From the NCBI GenBank assembly GCA_002633005.1, contig NMRA01000139.1, positions 310,001 to 374,000 on the forward strand: a stretch of 64,000 nt of DNA, given 5' to 3'. The first letter of the stretch is position 1. Each line of letters begins with the position of its first letter. The position numbers and the translations under genes are program-made. The notes below the pieces were generated by a model. That model was not told the origin of the DNA, did no database searches, and saw nothing but the letters and a program-made list of their open reading frames with translations. Shown here one piece after another: positions 23,601-34,901 of the stretch. This DNA is from Phoronis australis (Eukaryota > Animalia > Phoronida).

Positions 23601-26600
23601 TCAGATCCGATATAAGCGGACATGCATTAATCACTGGATCAGACGTCGAAATCTTTTTTTGATATTTTTTTTTCAAAATCCTAAACTTATCTTTAATTTT
23701 CCGAGAACGAACGTCTCCACTTAACGACGGAGTGTCGTGGACGGATTTCACTTTGTCCGTTTTTGAATCTACAGCTTCATCGAGGTTGCTGACAACACAG
23801 TCGTCAGTTCCACCATCCGAAGAACTCACCTTTTCACAATCATTACCATTCAAAGATAAAACATCGTTGTCCGAAATGGAAGTCACGCCGATCCAGGAAG
23901 TACTATTGTTTTGACCGCTTTCAGAAGCAGTGACAACACTTTCATGGGAATAAGTACACGAAGTGTTCCCCGAGGGGATTTCTGAATTTAGAGTATCCGC
24001 ATCAGACAGCGTCTCAATATCGTCCACAGTTTCATCACAACGTAATTTCTCCCACATTGGCTGGTCTATCACAAAATCGTCTTGAACGCAATCTAATTCA
24101 CTCTGCGATGAACGATTCTCTTTTTGTGAATGCTCGCGAACAGTCACGTGGAGGTCTTGAATCTCGTATTTCTCCAGAACTGGCATATCGCTACTACAGT
24201 TGTTGACATTGCGTATTTCGGGTGAGCTCGGGTCCGATACGTCTCTGTAAAGGTTAACGTCAGGGGATGTTTTTTCAACCTTTTGCTCATCAGATGTGCG
24301 TTGAAAAGGGTTAGCATCGGCAGCATAATAACCAACCGGGGTGCCAAGATCCGTATTGTCGTACGAATCACACACCTGTCCCACCATATCTCGATTACAG
24401 TCCCCTGCCTTGTCACACAAACTTCCAAACCATACAATTTTCGGCATCTCGTGATTTTCCTCTTCACCAGTCTTGGAAACTTCATAATCATTAGTGGCCT
24501 CTTCGAACCCACCATTGTCCCATTCTCTTTTGAGTTCTTCCACTTCTGACACACTGACAGTCGTTTTCAACTCAACGGGAAAAGATACTGAAGAAAATGC
24601 ATCCTTCGCTTGCTCACTGACTACTGTTTCAGGAATCACAACAGGACTGTGAACATCAGCAGAGGATCCATTAACAGCAACGGGTTCCATTTTTACACAT
24701 GCACCATAACACAGGCCATCAAGAGGCAACTCATACATTTCATTTTCAGTACATGCGTATTCACAGTCGCTAAGCTTCTGAACACATCTTAAGTTTATTG
24801 AATTCTCTTCGCCGTTCCCCATCTCCTTTGATGCGCTCTCGTCGTCAGTATCGAATTGGGTCTTCGGTGACCCAAAATGAGAAGGACCAGCGGAATCCAA
24901 CTTACACACGTCGTCTTTTACCGTCACATATTGTGATTCGCCAACAAATGGTTCTTCTTTAACAGCCACTAAAACAGCGTCGTGGTCACCAGCTTCGTCT
25001 TCACCTTCGTCAGAGTAACACAGTGTCTCCTGCGAGCCGAAAGCGCATGTGTTAGCAACTGGTGAATCTGAGGCAATGTCTCTAGCAGCTCGGTATTGCT
25101 CATCAAGTGACCGCAGCACGACTTTGGAAATCGCATCTTCGTTGTAGCCAATCGTTTTTATATCATACTGTCGATTGTTCGATGGAGTTTCGACTTGTTT
25201 AGGAGTTTGAATTTCGTAGGAAGACCTTCGTTTTCCTTCTCTGATTTTCGTCCTCTTAAGCTTCATAACTAATTTCTCACGATCACGTGGTTGAAACCAG
25301 TTTTCAACTTGACAATCGACGCCTGGCAGTGACGTTGCAGTAAACGGTGTTGACGCGCCACGATCGTCTTTGCTAGATGGCGAAAGAAACCTTGCAGTGG
25401 ACACGTCGTTTTGAACCGATTCCTTATCTGACTCCCCAGTAAACACAAGAGATTGCTGACAGACTGGTACAGGCATCGCGACAACTGTTTCCACGGGTTC
25501 AACGTGGCCCATTTTACCGTCTACTTCTTCGTGAGACGAATTAATCTGGTCTGTTGTGGAAACAGAATGTACTTTCTCGTCTATTACCTCGCTACCAGTC
25601 GATTCAGAGCGAGAACGAACGGACTCGGCGGAGTTCTCGGGTGTAGGGCAAACCACAATAGGTTTTGTAACCTCTCCTTGTTTTTCCGTCAATTTGATAA
25701 CACTGTTGAGAGACTGCTGATGGTCTTCTACTGTTACAACTGCCACTGTGTGAAGCTCACGCTCTTCAGCAGGCGGTGTAGGAGGCAGGAAGACGCTTCC
25801 TAAGCTTTCACGGGAGGTAACGTCTGATGCCTGACAGTTTTTATCTGCTGGAAGCTGTTTAAAATGACTGAGAACTGTTGAAACTTGCTGATCTAAAGCG
25901 CTTACATCAATCAACCCTGGAAGATCGTCTTGATCAGGCATACTTTGGTTTGTTGCAGCTTTCGCAGGGAATGGTGACTGCACTGGTTGCTGGGCAGGAA
26001 CAATAGAATGCTGAATGTTTCCATCGGAATGTTTCATAACGGGCAACGGCACAAAACTACCCACATTGCCATTGCCAAGATTGGCAGGTAGACTGTTGAG
26101 TTCAGTTGTTGCAGGGATACTTAGTTCAGGCATGGCAAGTCTAGAAGGAATGGTTTGTTCCCTGCTTGGTCCATCATTAGGAAAGAACTGAGGTGACGAT
26201 GCAGTTGTTATGGTAGAGGTGGGCACCAGAGGTGTGAATTTTAGACAAGAAGGTGATGATGTCAACAGAACATCCTGATTCGTTGGTTGAGCTAAAAAGG
26301 AATTGGATTTATTGACTGTTGTTGTGATGACTGCAGAAGACTTGGTTGTGACCATACTGAATACTGGCATTACAGCGCATAAACCCTCAGTTGAAGAAAT
26401 ATTACTGTTTGCAAATGCTGGCAGGTTGGATCTCTCTGTTACCGCATTGCTAACGGTTACGTCACTAGTGCGGCAACATGAAATAGGCACTCCCCTGTGA
26501 ACTGCATCATTTGATGGAGTACTTGCATTCTGCACTACAGGCATGCTGTTGGCTTTTGACACTGTTGGTGTGAAGTAGGAATTTTCTAGCACAAAAACAG

Positions 26601-27846
26601 ATCCTGTAGGCACCTCAACATCTAAAGTTCCCCTAGTACTCTGAACAGCCATGGTCTGTGATGCATAAGAGCAATGTTTGGACACCTGAATGGAAGTAAA
26701 TGGCGGTACAGAAACATGCGACATGGGGGTTTGCAAATGTTCATTGTGTGGTTTTCCTAATGGAAACCGGGCTTCTGCAACCGAAGGTCCTGAAAGACCA
26801 AGCATTCGCTCTCGTCTGATTGACTCCTCTACAGCAGCAACGATTGTTTTGCTACGGCTGTTTATCTTAGGCGATGTGCTGGGAGTTAATGAATGAATAC
26901 TTGTTGGTTTCCTAGTTTTCGATACACTTAAGTCAAGTGGTTGCTCCTGGAGGCTCACTTGCCTTGGAGCCAAATATGGCATTGAAGGTGCATTATGCAT
27001 TGGCATTACAGGCGCAATCCCTGTGTGGTAGGGCTGTACACTGCGGTCAACACTTTGAGTACCAGTCCAGGAATAGTTGTGGTTTATTGGTGTGCTATAG
27101 TCTGGCATCCGCACAAAGCCACCTCTTTCACACACTGGCACGACATAGGGGCTACCAGACTTTCCAACAGGTTGATTCAACGGAGGTCTGTGGTAGGTAT
27201 TGGGCAGTCTATAATACACAGGAGTCATTGTCCGTTGCATTGTTTGGGGTGCTGTCTGGCGTGTATCAGCTACGTTTGGAATAACCCACGGATACATATT
27301 CACTGGCTGACAAGTCTGATCGATAGATGAGACAGATTTATTATTTTTGAGTAGTGACCTCAATGTAGGGCACGCACCATCGGTGTTAGCTTCACTAGGC
27401 ACAATTGTCGGTCCATATTCTGAATTCAGCCTCAGCTCAGCATTCACAAGTTCATACTGCACAAAATTACCATTGTCATAGTTATCCTTACACAACAACC
27501 TGCTATCTCCAATCTCACTGAGATGCACATTCAGTTGCATCCGGGTCTGATCCAAGTCTTGACATTGGATCGATGGTACACTAGAACACCTTGCACTACT
27601 ACCAGTAGAGGACGGTCTGGTGACAGTCTCATGTTCAACATCCTCTATCTGTGTTTCCTTATTAACAGAATTCACAGACTCTTCAATAGCAAGACCGTAA
27701 CTGCTATCAGATGAGTGTTCGTCATCTACTCTATTGATGTCGGCTAAACAGGTAGAACATTTGCACTTTCCCAAGCGTCGCTTGAAGGAGTCATGTGTTG
27801 CTTGTTCTGACGTATGGTATCTAGTTGTAGTTCCCCACTGAATCAT
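20656..27846 (-). CDS. 2396-aa nuclear/chromatin protein: PLDLS CtBP motif, AT-hook, Lys-rich repeats, C-terminal C15orf39-like domain (tentative)
   Basis: The ORF is 7191 nt and uninterrupted. A splice acceptor (CTAAC..TGTTTCAG) lies 22 nt before the ATG, with an in-frame TGA upstream, so the CDS is single-exon. PLDLS is at 26926-26940 and KKRGRPRKYP at 23194-23223. The family assignment comes from my recollection of C15orf39 C-termini and was not searched. Confidence 0.9.
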   Translation of the reverse strand: MIQWGTTTRYHTSEQATHDSFKRRLGKCKCSTCLADINRVDDEHSSDSSYGLAIEESVNSVNKETQIEDVEHETVTRPSSTGSSARCSSVPSIQCQDLDQTRMQLNVHLSEIGDSRLLCKDNYDNGNFVQYELVNAELRLNSEYGPTIVPSEANTDGACPTLRSLLKNNKSVSSIDQTCQPVNMYPWVIPNVADTRQTAPQTMQRTMTPVYYRLPNTYHRPPLNQPVGKSGSPYVVPVCERGGFVRMPDYSTPINHNYSWTGTQSVDRSVQPYHTGIAPVMPMHNAPSMPYLAPRQVSLQEQPLDLSVSKTRKPTSIHSLTPSTSPKINSRSKTIVAAVEESIRRERMLGLSGPSVAEARFPLGKPHNEHLQTPMSHVSVPPFTSIQVSKHCSYASQTMAVQSTRGTLDVEVPTGSVFVLENSYFTPTVSKANSMPVVQNASTPSNDAVHRGVPISCCRTSDVTVSNAVTERSNLPAFANSNISSTEGLCAVMPVFSMVTTKSSAVITTTVNKSNSFLAQPTNQDVLLTSSPSCLKFTPLVPTSTITTASSPQFFPNDGPSREQTIPSRLAMPELSIPATTELNSLPANLGNGNVGSFVPLPVMKHSDGNIQHSIVPAQQPVQSPFPAKAATNQSMPDQDDLPGLIDVSALDQQVSTVLSHFKQLPADKNCQASDVTSRESLGSVFLPPTPPAEERELHTVAVVTVEDHQQSLNSVIKLTEKQGEVTKPIVVCPTPENSAESVRSRSESTGSEVIDEKVHSVSTTDQINSSHEEVDGKMGHVEPVETVVAMPVPVCQQSLVFTGESDKESVQNDVSTARFLSPSSKDDRGASTPFTATSLPGVDCQVENWFQPRDREKLVMKLKRTKIREGKRRSSYEIQTPKQVETPSNNRQYDIKTIGYNEDAISKVVLRSLDEQYRAARDIASDSPVANTCAFGSQETLCYSDEGEDEAGDHDAVLVAVKEEPFVGESQYVTVKDDVCKLDSAGPSHFGSPKTQFDTDDESASKEMGNGEENSINLRCVQKLSDCEYACTENEMYELPLDGLCYGACVKMEPVAVNGSSADVHSPVVIPETVVSEQAKDAFSSVSFPVELKTTVSVSEVEELKREWDNGGFEEATNDYEVSKTGEEENHEMPKIVWFGSLCDKAGDCNRDMVGQVCDSYDNTDLGTPVGYYAADANPFQRTSDEQKVEKTSPDVNLYRDVSDPSSPEIRNVNNCSSDMPVLEKYEIQDLHVTVREHSQKENRSSQSELDCVQDDFVIDQPMWEKLRCDETVDDIETLSDADTLNSEIPSGNTSCTYSHESVVTASESGQNNSTSWIGVTSISDNDVLSLNGNDCEKVSSSDGGTDDCVVSNLDEAVDSKTDKVKSVHDTPSLSGDVRSRKIKDKFRILKKKYQKKISTSDPVINACPLISDLKSSNRNIWDVISVNAEVNNLEAMETTTTTAVLNEVSDSKFRPTAFVKPTFTKTSQTAPVAGDNADPKNVLDEKLPVSKKAKSKMYKGFKFMSVKLKRIALPANCSRLMFLEKDISSSPMMLPPAIAKKRGRPRKYPVVGHETNSSPSLLKCNVNQTSTEREASSVTKYKVMCRHKSAPFLLRPSGKKPRKAAPVNRTNNEHQSDARVLFQTCADHVKLHKRSIKINPMVRKVRRSRKWLKRGSISSTQQSTVHAQECRPENLISDVQNRKRVSKPIKQLKVNDQSMKQDFSSTPIEENYSINDLSSKKTEVPLSRDQSPIEFTSTKIKNGTGRLLESDTDGSAAVNKHGHCGVKNDEPRKTRKRKRKIEKDNREAEYVKLKRRKEVVVDENHTKHTTKEDKTRVSRKLSERSQKKEKKKAITENCSDCTQKEEKGRIDNDSECAPKKKKETVDTSHSGCPQKKDRNYDEKYSERSQRKKTKVVDCDIVRDEKHPERYQKNAKEQVDEIRLEQSHKQKRKVAADGNHLEQSLKKKKEPVSESHVEHRQKKKKKNLERSQKHGKLVVVENHSHGSQEKRKEEVGKTASERPRKKRKEVTREKHFESALNKRLEAVEENNLKSLQEKGIEMADQNVVECFQKKGLVNEVLANLPQTSKSKVVEEKPSERPQKDFRGVVNENLSERLREKRDEAFGEKQSAHSQKKQRKVVNENYSEFPQKSKPCKSKKTPPATEHSTKENDSNQSIICSLSPGKYYAVQPDGLPLKAVRVSNYKHSRDGPVVHKFTMKYLFKESPCTVACVRYHKQNHTTVSLLSRSLSGDPRDINHAIVDVVRKSEIRMEPLSSTDAALFGSLHGVDDKELVNLSDVFELFTNSQLNDLTHWERWKRLTGITQPFITRDKTKHFVSLRQIHEKLFSKSTIFGSLDRALRIFSFVTYVASKRELRHFVDQTQIPFSGVCKIVCVNGLADKLELIKKYLTSQMIC

Positions 27847-28487
27847 TGCCTTCCAGAAGAGACGTCAACTGAAACAGAGCACACAGTTAGGTCAAAACTT
27901 GCTGATGTCTATTCTTATTCCATGACCAGATTAGAAATTTCTGGTCACATAAAAACTGGCAGTTTTTAATGCTGGAAACCGTATTCTGCAGATAACTTAA
28001 CCCGCTGTGACAAGTCCAGATATTGAGCCTTGTCTCAGAGCAGTCACAAATTGCCAAACCTTCCCAATCCCAAATGGAATCCCACTCTGGTCTGAGTGCG
28101 GAAAAAGTCAAGACCAGTTTTATTACGGAAACTGGTCGCAATCACATTTTTTCAAAGGCTTATTCCCGCTTGAACACTTAAAAATTTCACAGAACTTGGT
28201 CTTCAGCACTAGAAAAACTTGCAGTTTCAAATGCAGCAAGTACTCTAAATCAAAAGTAAGGGAGTTTTCCTAACAGAGGACACAGGTTTATGTCCGTTAC
28301 TTGCATACTCGCCCATATCACAAACTGAAGTTTGTTATTTAATAGATTTTTGACCATGTTACCCTTATTGGTTACAGTAGCTCTATAAGTAACGCACAAT
28401 TATGAAATTCCAAAACACGGGAACTTGAGGTATCAAATTACGCTAAAAAGACAATAACAGAGTCAGTGGGTAGTTGAGGAAATACTG

Positions 28488-29345
28488 ATAAGAAGACCTA
28501 CAGGACTGTACACTTGTTTTCATAGCTTCACATTACCACTCTAACAGACAGGGTATAGCGCATTAACAACACTTGGGCTAGATTTGATTCTAATATTAAA
28601 GACCTTAAAACGAATTTGCAAAAGAATGGCTATTCCCTAGAATTAGTCAATAGAGTACTGAAAGCAAGACTCCAATGTAACCCTGATGTTGTTCATCCTG
28701 TAGACAAAACTAACTACAAGTACTTTAAAGTACCCCATGCAGGGTTTTACGCCAAGATTGCTCAACGAAAACTCAACAAATTGGTGAATGATTACTGTGT
28801 TAACTTAAGAGTTGTATTAACATTCAAGTCTCTAAAACTGTTGAATTTATTTAACTCCAAGGACAAAATTCCTATAGGTCTACAGTTCAGGGTTGTGTAC
28901 AAATTTATCTGTGCTGGATGTGGCTCCAGTTATACAGACGAAACTGTTCACCATTTGAAAACCAGGACCAGGGAACATCTAAATTCTGACAGAAGTCCAC
29001 ATGTAAATATTCATCTACAGAGCTCTGATCATTGTTATTAGCAGTACTCTTTCAATGACTTTGCAATAATAGACCATGCAGAAACATAATAGGAGCTTAA
29101 AATTTGTGAGGCTTTACACATCAGTTGGTGCAAGCCCAATCTCAATAGGCAAGTGGCACACCACAAGTTGTCATTGTTAGTCTAGTTTATTGTCACTCCC
29201 TGTAACTGGCTGTATCTGTGCTTCATTACTTGTTGCTGGGCCTAACTAGGTGGCCACTACATTCTCTCTTCCGATGATGGTGTTTGAATAAATGACACCA
29301 AAACATGTCAAGTCGATTTAAAACCATGGTTGTTTTTATTAATAC
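28488..29345 (+). mobile_element. 5'-truncated, decayed Penelope-like retroelement (RT C-terminus plus GIY-YIG endonuclease, Penelope/Poseidon type)
   Basis: It encodes ..TGLYT.F.SF..R.YRINNTW..LQKNGY.. then KDKIP...VVYKFICAGCGSSY(T)DET..HLKTR.REH, and later L(K)I.EALHI...KP.LNRQ. Stops and frameshifts are present. Confidence 0.9.
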
Positions 29346-29537
29346 TGAAAGGGCTTTGCGAGCTCAGAAATCACTTTTCACAGGAAGAAGTAACAGATTG
29401 TGACCAGTTTTATTAAGGTACATGGTCTACCTAAAAATCACATTTTTGACTTAAGTTACAATTGCTTTAAATGAGTCTAAATCTATCTGTGCAGCATTAC
29501 TTGTTGCTGGGCCTAGCTTGGTGGCCACTATATTCTC

Positions 29538-29582
29538 TCTTCTGACGATGGTGTTTGAATAAATGACACTGAAACGTCAAGT
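29538..29582 (+). ncRNA. Minimal type-I hammerhead ribozyme in the duplicated Penelope tail
   Basis: CTT-CTGACGA-T-GGTGT-loop-ACACT-GAAAC-GTC-AAG shows the CUGANGA and GAAA core, stem II, palindromic ACGU stem III and a GUC cleavage triplet. Confidence 0.7.
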
Positions 29583-31374
29583 TGATTTAAAACCGTGGTT
29601 GTTTTTATTAACTTCAGCTCTTAATAATCTTACTGCATACCTGCCATAAAATAAAGAAAAAAATCACTTATCAGCCATATCATGTCATAAATTGGTGAGA
29701 TTATATCATAGGCTAATTAACCCTAACAAACTGGTCTTGAAATAACACCTGTCATGTCTCCCTCTTTTGGAAGATGGTGTAACTAAACTGGTGTGGTGAT
29801 GACCGGCTTATACATTATTTACATATTGACACATTGGGTGATCTGTTAGGGGATTATAGTATCAAAACAGTAGTGTTTTGTGGTGTTGAGTAAGCTGATT
29901 TGTAGTTTGCTTTAAAGAGGCTATAAATTCGCCTTCCATCACAAAAACAACCAAATTGTTCCAAAAACCAAATCTGAACAGAGGTCCCGGACTTGATCTC
30001 CCGGCTAAACACTTGCACCTGATACCGGATTACCCCCCACACATTAGGGTATCCCCCATGGTGTTTTTATTGTTTTATTCCACAACCAGAGAGGGCTCAC
30101 CTGGTGGCGAATCAAGTCCATGAGAAATGGACGAAACGGCTTTTCGGTTAGGGATCTCTATAAATTATCGTCATTTAAATGGGGCTCAGGAACAGTCTCA
30201 AATTGTTCCTTACTCAAACTGGAAATGATATCAGGTCTTTGAAAAATGTTGCAGTTCCTTATTGGTTGAGATTACGTTCAACAAGCTGACTCAGGTCACC
30301 GTAAGTCACTTTATGAGCACTGAGCATCACCTCAAGTAATAATGGACTTTCAGTTCTTAGCAAACCTAGAAGTCACTTCTACTGAGTGATGAACAAGTTC
30401 AGACCAGAACGTTTTAAGCAGAGTGTGTGATAAACAAAGAAAACAAACATTCAAGCTCCAACCGGATTATATTGAGCTAAAACATTGTCCCAGCTTCCCA
30501 TACAAGGCAACAAAAGAGTACTTGAACTGTGGCACGTACATGAAACCTATTGTGAATTTCAAAACTTTAATGAATGCACATTTATGAAAGAAACATGATA
30601 CATTCAAGTAGCCTTTGAACTATTTTTTAAAAGTGACCCCTGGTGTCAGGGACAAGCAAGCACATTAGTAAAAGACTACTATAGTCCTGCTAACCTTATA
30701 ATGGCAGCCTTGAAACCTCATCAAAAACCTCAATGTGTAGACGGTTGGATCTAAATGGGCATACGAAATGAGTATCTACCCACCCCCTGTAGATGCAAGT
30801 CAACTTGCAGGGGTGTAATTAAAATTAAAGAACAGTTCATAACTGTAGAATGAAAGTTGGACCTGAGAACAGCGAACTTCCAACCCCAGATTTTTTGATA
30901 AGCAGCAAGGCCTTTTTTTCCCAACTTCCGTTGACGTCATGGTGATAATCCATTACTGCAGTGGAAATTTGCTTGAGGTTTATAAGGGCTAATGCTGGTT
31001 TTCTAGGTACAAGGCTACGGACCTTAGACAAGATTATGCAATGATATGGCACTTTGTCACACTACCTTCCCCCTCCTCCGCCTTCCTGGCTCACTGGTCT
31101 ATACAACATACCCCTATTCTGAAACCCCTTCAAAATTTCAGGACCCGTCTGCAAAACAAAGAACTGATTGTGTTCATTATTGAGAATGAATCAAAAACAT
31201 TTTTATGTCTGGTTTGCATGCCACCTTTTGGCCACATTATCTGACCTTATGAACATACGTCTGAAGATGTCTGCCCAGACCCGTACACAAACCCGAAAAA
31301 ATTAAGCAAACGAAAAAGTTGGCATGTGTGAGCTAGACTCTAAGCCACCTTTGAAGTTGAAAACTCACCTCTGA

Positions 31375-31475
31375 AAAACCTCACCAGTCTCAACCTAGGA
31401 ATTGAAAGCAGGATCTCACAAATACTAGCTTGGGAGGGGGGGGGGGGGCACTCTGGCCACTGTGCTATGGAGACC
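31375..31475 (-). mobile_element. tRNA-derived SINE head (decayed)
   Basis: The minus strand reads GGTCTCCATAGCACAGTGGCCAGAGTGC...GATCCTGCTTTCAATTCC, which resembles A and B boxes. Confidence 0.45.
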
Positions 31476-33577
31476 GAGAAAACACCAGGAACACGTAATA
31501 GAATGGCTGCTGCATCCAGTTACCCACCAGGTGATACATTTATTGTACTACTCCTCCATAAAACTAGAGGTTAAATTTGAATTTAACAAAGCTCTGTTGA
31601 CTACAAGAAAACAAGCATCCCACAACACCACACCGATGTTCAGTACCATATAACACTGTAACACAAACTTCTTCTTTTGGAAAACATACCAACCATATTA
31701 CAATTTTTAAAAAAATAATTTCTGCATGAATTTTGAGTCCCAAATTTCAGACACTATCCCAAGCTGAAGACTTTTTACTGTACCTTCTACACACAACTGG
31801 CATTCATGTCAAACTCCATCGCAGTGACTGACAGGACAGTTAAAAAGCAAAGGCCTTTATCAAAACCACCAGTGATAAATATGAGAATCACTCCATATCT
31901 CACGATTTGAACAGATGATAACCTAGATTGACTCTCCCGTGATAACAGGAACTGACAATCGGGCAAAAGTTGAGCACTTGAAAGAAAATTGGCACATGTG
32001 GACACCGTAACTGAGGCACAATACAATGTCTAAAATTTATTCATGGGTCATGCACTGATTAGCTCCACACATTCAGATAAGCTTGGTGTAGGTGTCCCCT
32101 TTAAAAACGGACACATTCTATATTGCGTCTTATCGCTTTTTGCAATAAATTGTTGAAAATGGCCTGAAGTCAAAGCATGTTCCACGTGTGTTATCTTTAT
32201 ATCCCCAACAGAAGCAGAATGGAAAGTGCATGTTAATCCTACATCAGCATACCATTAACATATCATTAACATATCATTAAGATATCATTAACATAAGGGT
32301 TGATGCCATGACTCCTTAAATTGGTAAGACAAGAAATCAAGGACAGAGAGGAGCGATTCAATCGGATATTCTAACAAATTGGGGTGGGCACTTACCAGCG
32401 CGAGGAAATTACAGGTAGGCGCTGGCTGATAAGAGCCGTTGGCACTAAATTGAAACTTCTCAATAAAACAGGGTGCTCGTGTGAGAGTGGGCGTTAACCT
32501 GAATGTTTATGGATTTCAATAGTGAAGGACTCTTTTTTGACCAATTCAGTTGGGTATGTCTCTAAAGAAACAGGTGTGCGTGGATGACGTATCACTGTTC
32601 ATACTAAAAAATCTAAATAAATTGTCTTCATGTCTGAAGCAGATAATACCATTATTATAAAGCAATACAATGCAAACAAATTCACAAAGAACTGCGAGCT
32701 GGCAAGTGGTCATAACCAGTTAGAAATATAAGGTTACCTGCGACGGCACAAATTAAGAGTAGCATGTAAATTCCTAAATAGTTTATGAACAACTTTTGTA
32801 GTGAAAATTATCAGTTGTATAACATCGGCCCACAACCAGTCAGTAGGGAGATGTTAAGAGCTGGTGAATAACATTGCATAATGTATATTACATATGTTCC
32901 CATGAGGAATGTCGAATTATTTACGGATAAAATATTAAATGAGTTTGCATAGGAAATGTTCATGAATCATTGCTATGCAATTCTTATACTTCAACTCATC
33001 GAACTTATTGTTTTTTCACACCAACGCGATGGTAATGGTCTGATGTAAAGTGCCAGAATTTTGAGAACCAATTTTCTCCACTGAATAATAGGCATCAAAC
33101 TAGTTCTCAAAATAAGGGCACGTTATATCAGACTATTGCCAAAGCGATTATAACCTTAAAAAATGATTTAAAGGTCACAACTGAACAATTTAAAACCACT
33201 TTTAAAAATTTGTAACAGTACTGCGGTTAACCCTCTATGGGGATGGTTTAGCAAGAGGTCATAACCATTCTAACATGGTATGAACAAAGAAGTTGCAATT
33301 GTTATTACTCACTAGGTGGAGCAGCTGTCAAATCTTGTTGCCTACCAAGACACTAAATGAGATGAATAGCGAATGTGCAAATCTCAATGCGTATGCCCCA
33401 CACCAGTTCCTCTCTATTGCATTCTGGGATAGTTTGTATACCTAGCAGCAGCGTGACAGTTTCTTTTCAGAAGAGATTATTATATTTAGCTGCCGTTTTC
33501 AATTATTAAGACTAGAAAAAATATGTTACAAATTCTCAGTATCTTATTAAAAATATAATTTTAAAAATTTGTACCTG

Positions 33578-34901
33578 GACCCTGTCTCCAATCTCCGTAC
33601 TCAGACTCGAATCTTACTCAGACTCACACTTCATACTCACCGCACTTCATTACCGCCAATTTTTAAAGTCCTTACTACAATTCCTGGCAACTGGCGAATG
33701 CTAACCCATGTCAAGGAATTATTACAAGGGTCAAAAACAGCTGTGGGGTGGGGATTGCCGTGACTGAAGTGCGTGTACGGTTTCCTAAGGAAAGTTACTG
33801 AAAACAATTTGCTTCCCTGTCAGATTTCACATACTAGTGTAGTCATCGATAATTCCTCAATCTCCGAATGATATTCCAGATTTTTTTGCCGATTTATGAG
33901 TAGACGTCTCATCCCATTCACTGATGAACTCTGAATGTCTGCCTATAGTGTACTACATGTAGTGTTTTTAACTCACGCGCCAAATGTCAGCTAACTTGAT
34001 ACATCCAGGTAAAATGCAAAGATACAATATCAAAGTTTTGACATCAGCATAGGCCTACACGGCAATGGGTTCTACGCAAGAGAGAACATGGGTTGACCAG
34101 TAACCAAACAACTGCGGCCCAAATGTCGACTCGGAGTTTCGGACTGACGTGGATAACCGGTCTACTACAAAAGAACACCACTGCTGGCAATTAAGGTAGT
34201 AACTTTTGAAATTCGACCTCCCGTCAAAGAAAATGTGCAATTCGAACTCTCCCTTAAAAATGTTGGTTGCAGGCCTGCGATATGGTACCCGACTCCCGTA
34301 CCGGGTCACCGGCCCACCACTGCATTAATCGTTGGTGTGGCCATGCCAATTTTAGAAGATTAGTGTAAATGAGTCAAGTGTAGGCCAGGGAGAGTGACCC
34401 CTGACTAAATCAGACACTGAGATTTTGACTGCTCCGCTACGGCCGACTGACTTTCTTTGATATGCTGTTTCAAATTTCTTGAGACATTTTCCGGCAGGAG
34501 ATAAGAAACTCAAGAAGTAAAGCTTAATAATTGGCAAACGTATCCAAGAAATGGTAGGAGAATATTGTATTGAACAGTTACGGTACAGAACACTCAGCAT
34601 TCCACGTTATACTCCTGTAATTGTAGCGAGAGCTGACGATAACATAGTTGCTAGGGTAGACGATGCGAATATAGGGAGTGCTGAATCGTGCGACTTTTCG
34701 AGATTTTGCATTTCACGTTATAACTGAAGAGTTCCATAGCAACTCGAGTACGATTCTCAGATTTGAGTACGCGTTTGGTGTCCACTCGAAATGGGACATT
34801 AAATACGCTTTTTCGAGTAGGCCTACGACTCCAGTGAGCACAATTTTGAGTATCAAATCTCGAATATGAGTATGAGCCTGACGGAGATTGCAGACCGGGC
34901 C
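33578..34901. mobile_element. PIF/Harbinger-type non-autonomous element, copy A
   Basis: TIRs G(A/G)CCC(T/G)GTCTCCAATCTCCGT and ACGGAGATTGCAGACCGGGCC, flanked by CTG/CCG. It is homologous to 40394-41243 in inverted orientation. Confidence 0.7.

Noticed and set aside
20990-27714. Many + strand and alternate-frame ORFs overlapping the 2396-aa gene
   Set aside because: They are shadow ORFs of a long coding exon and have no recognisable motifs.
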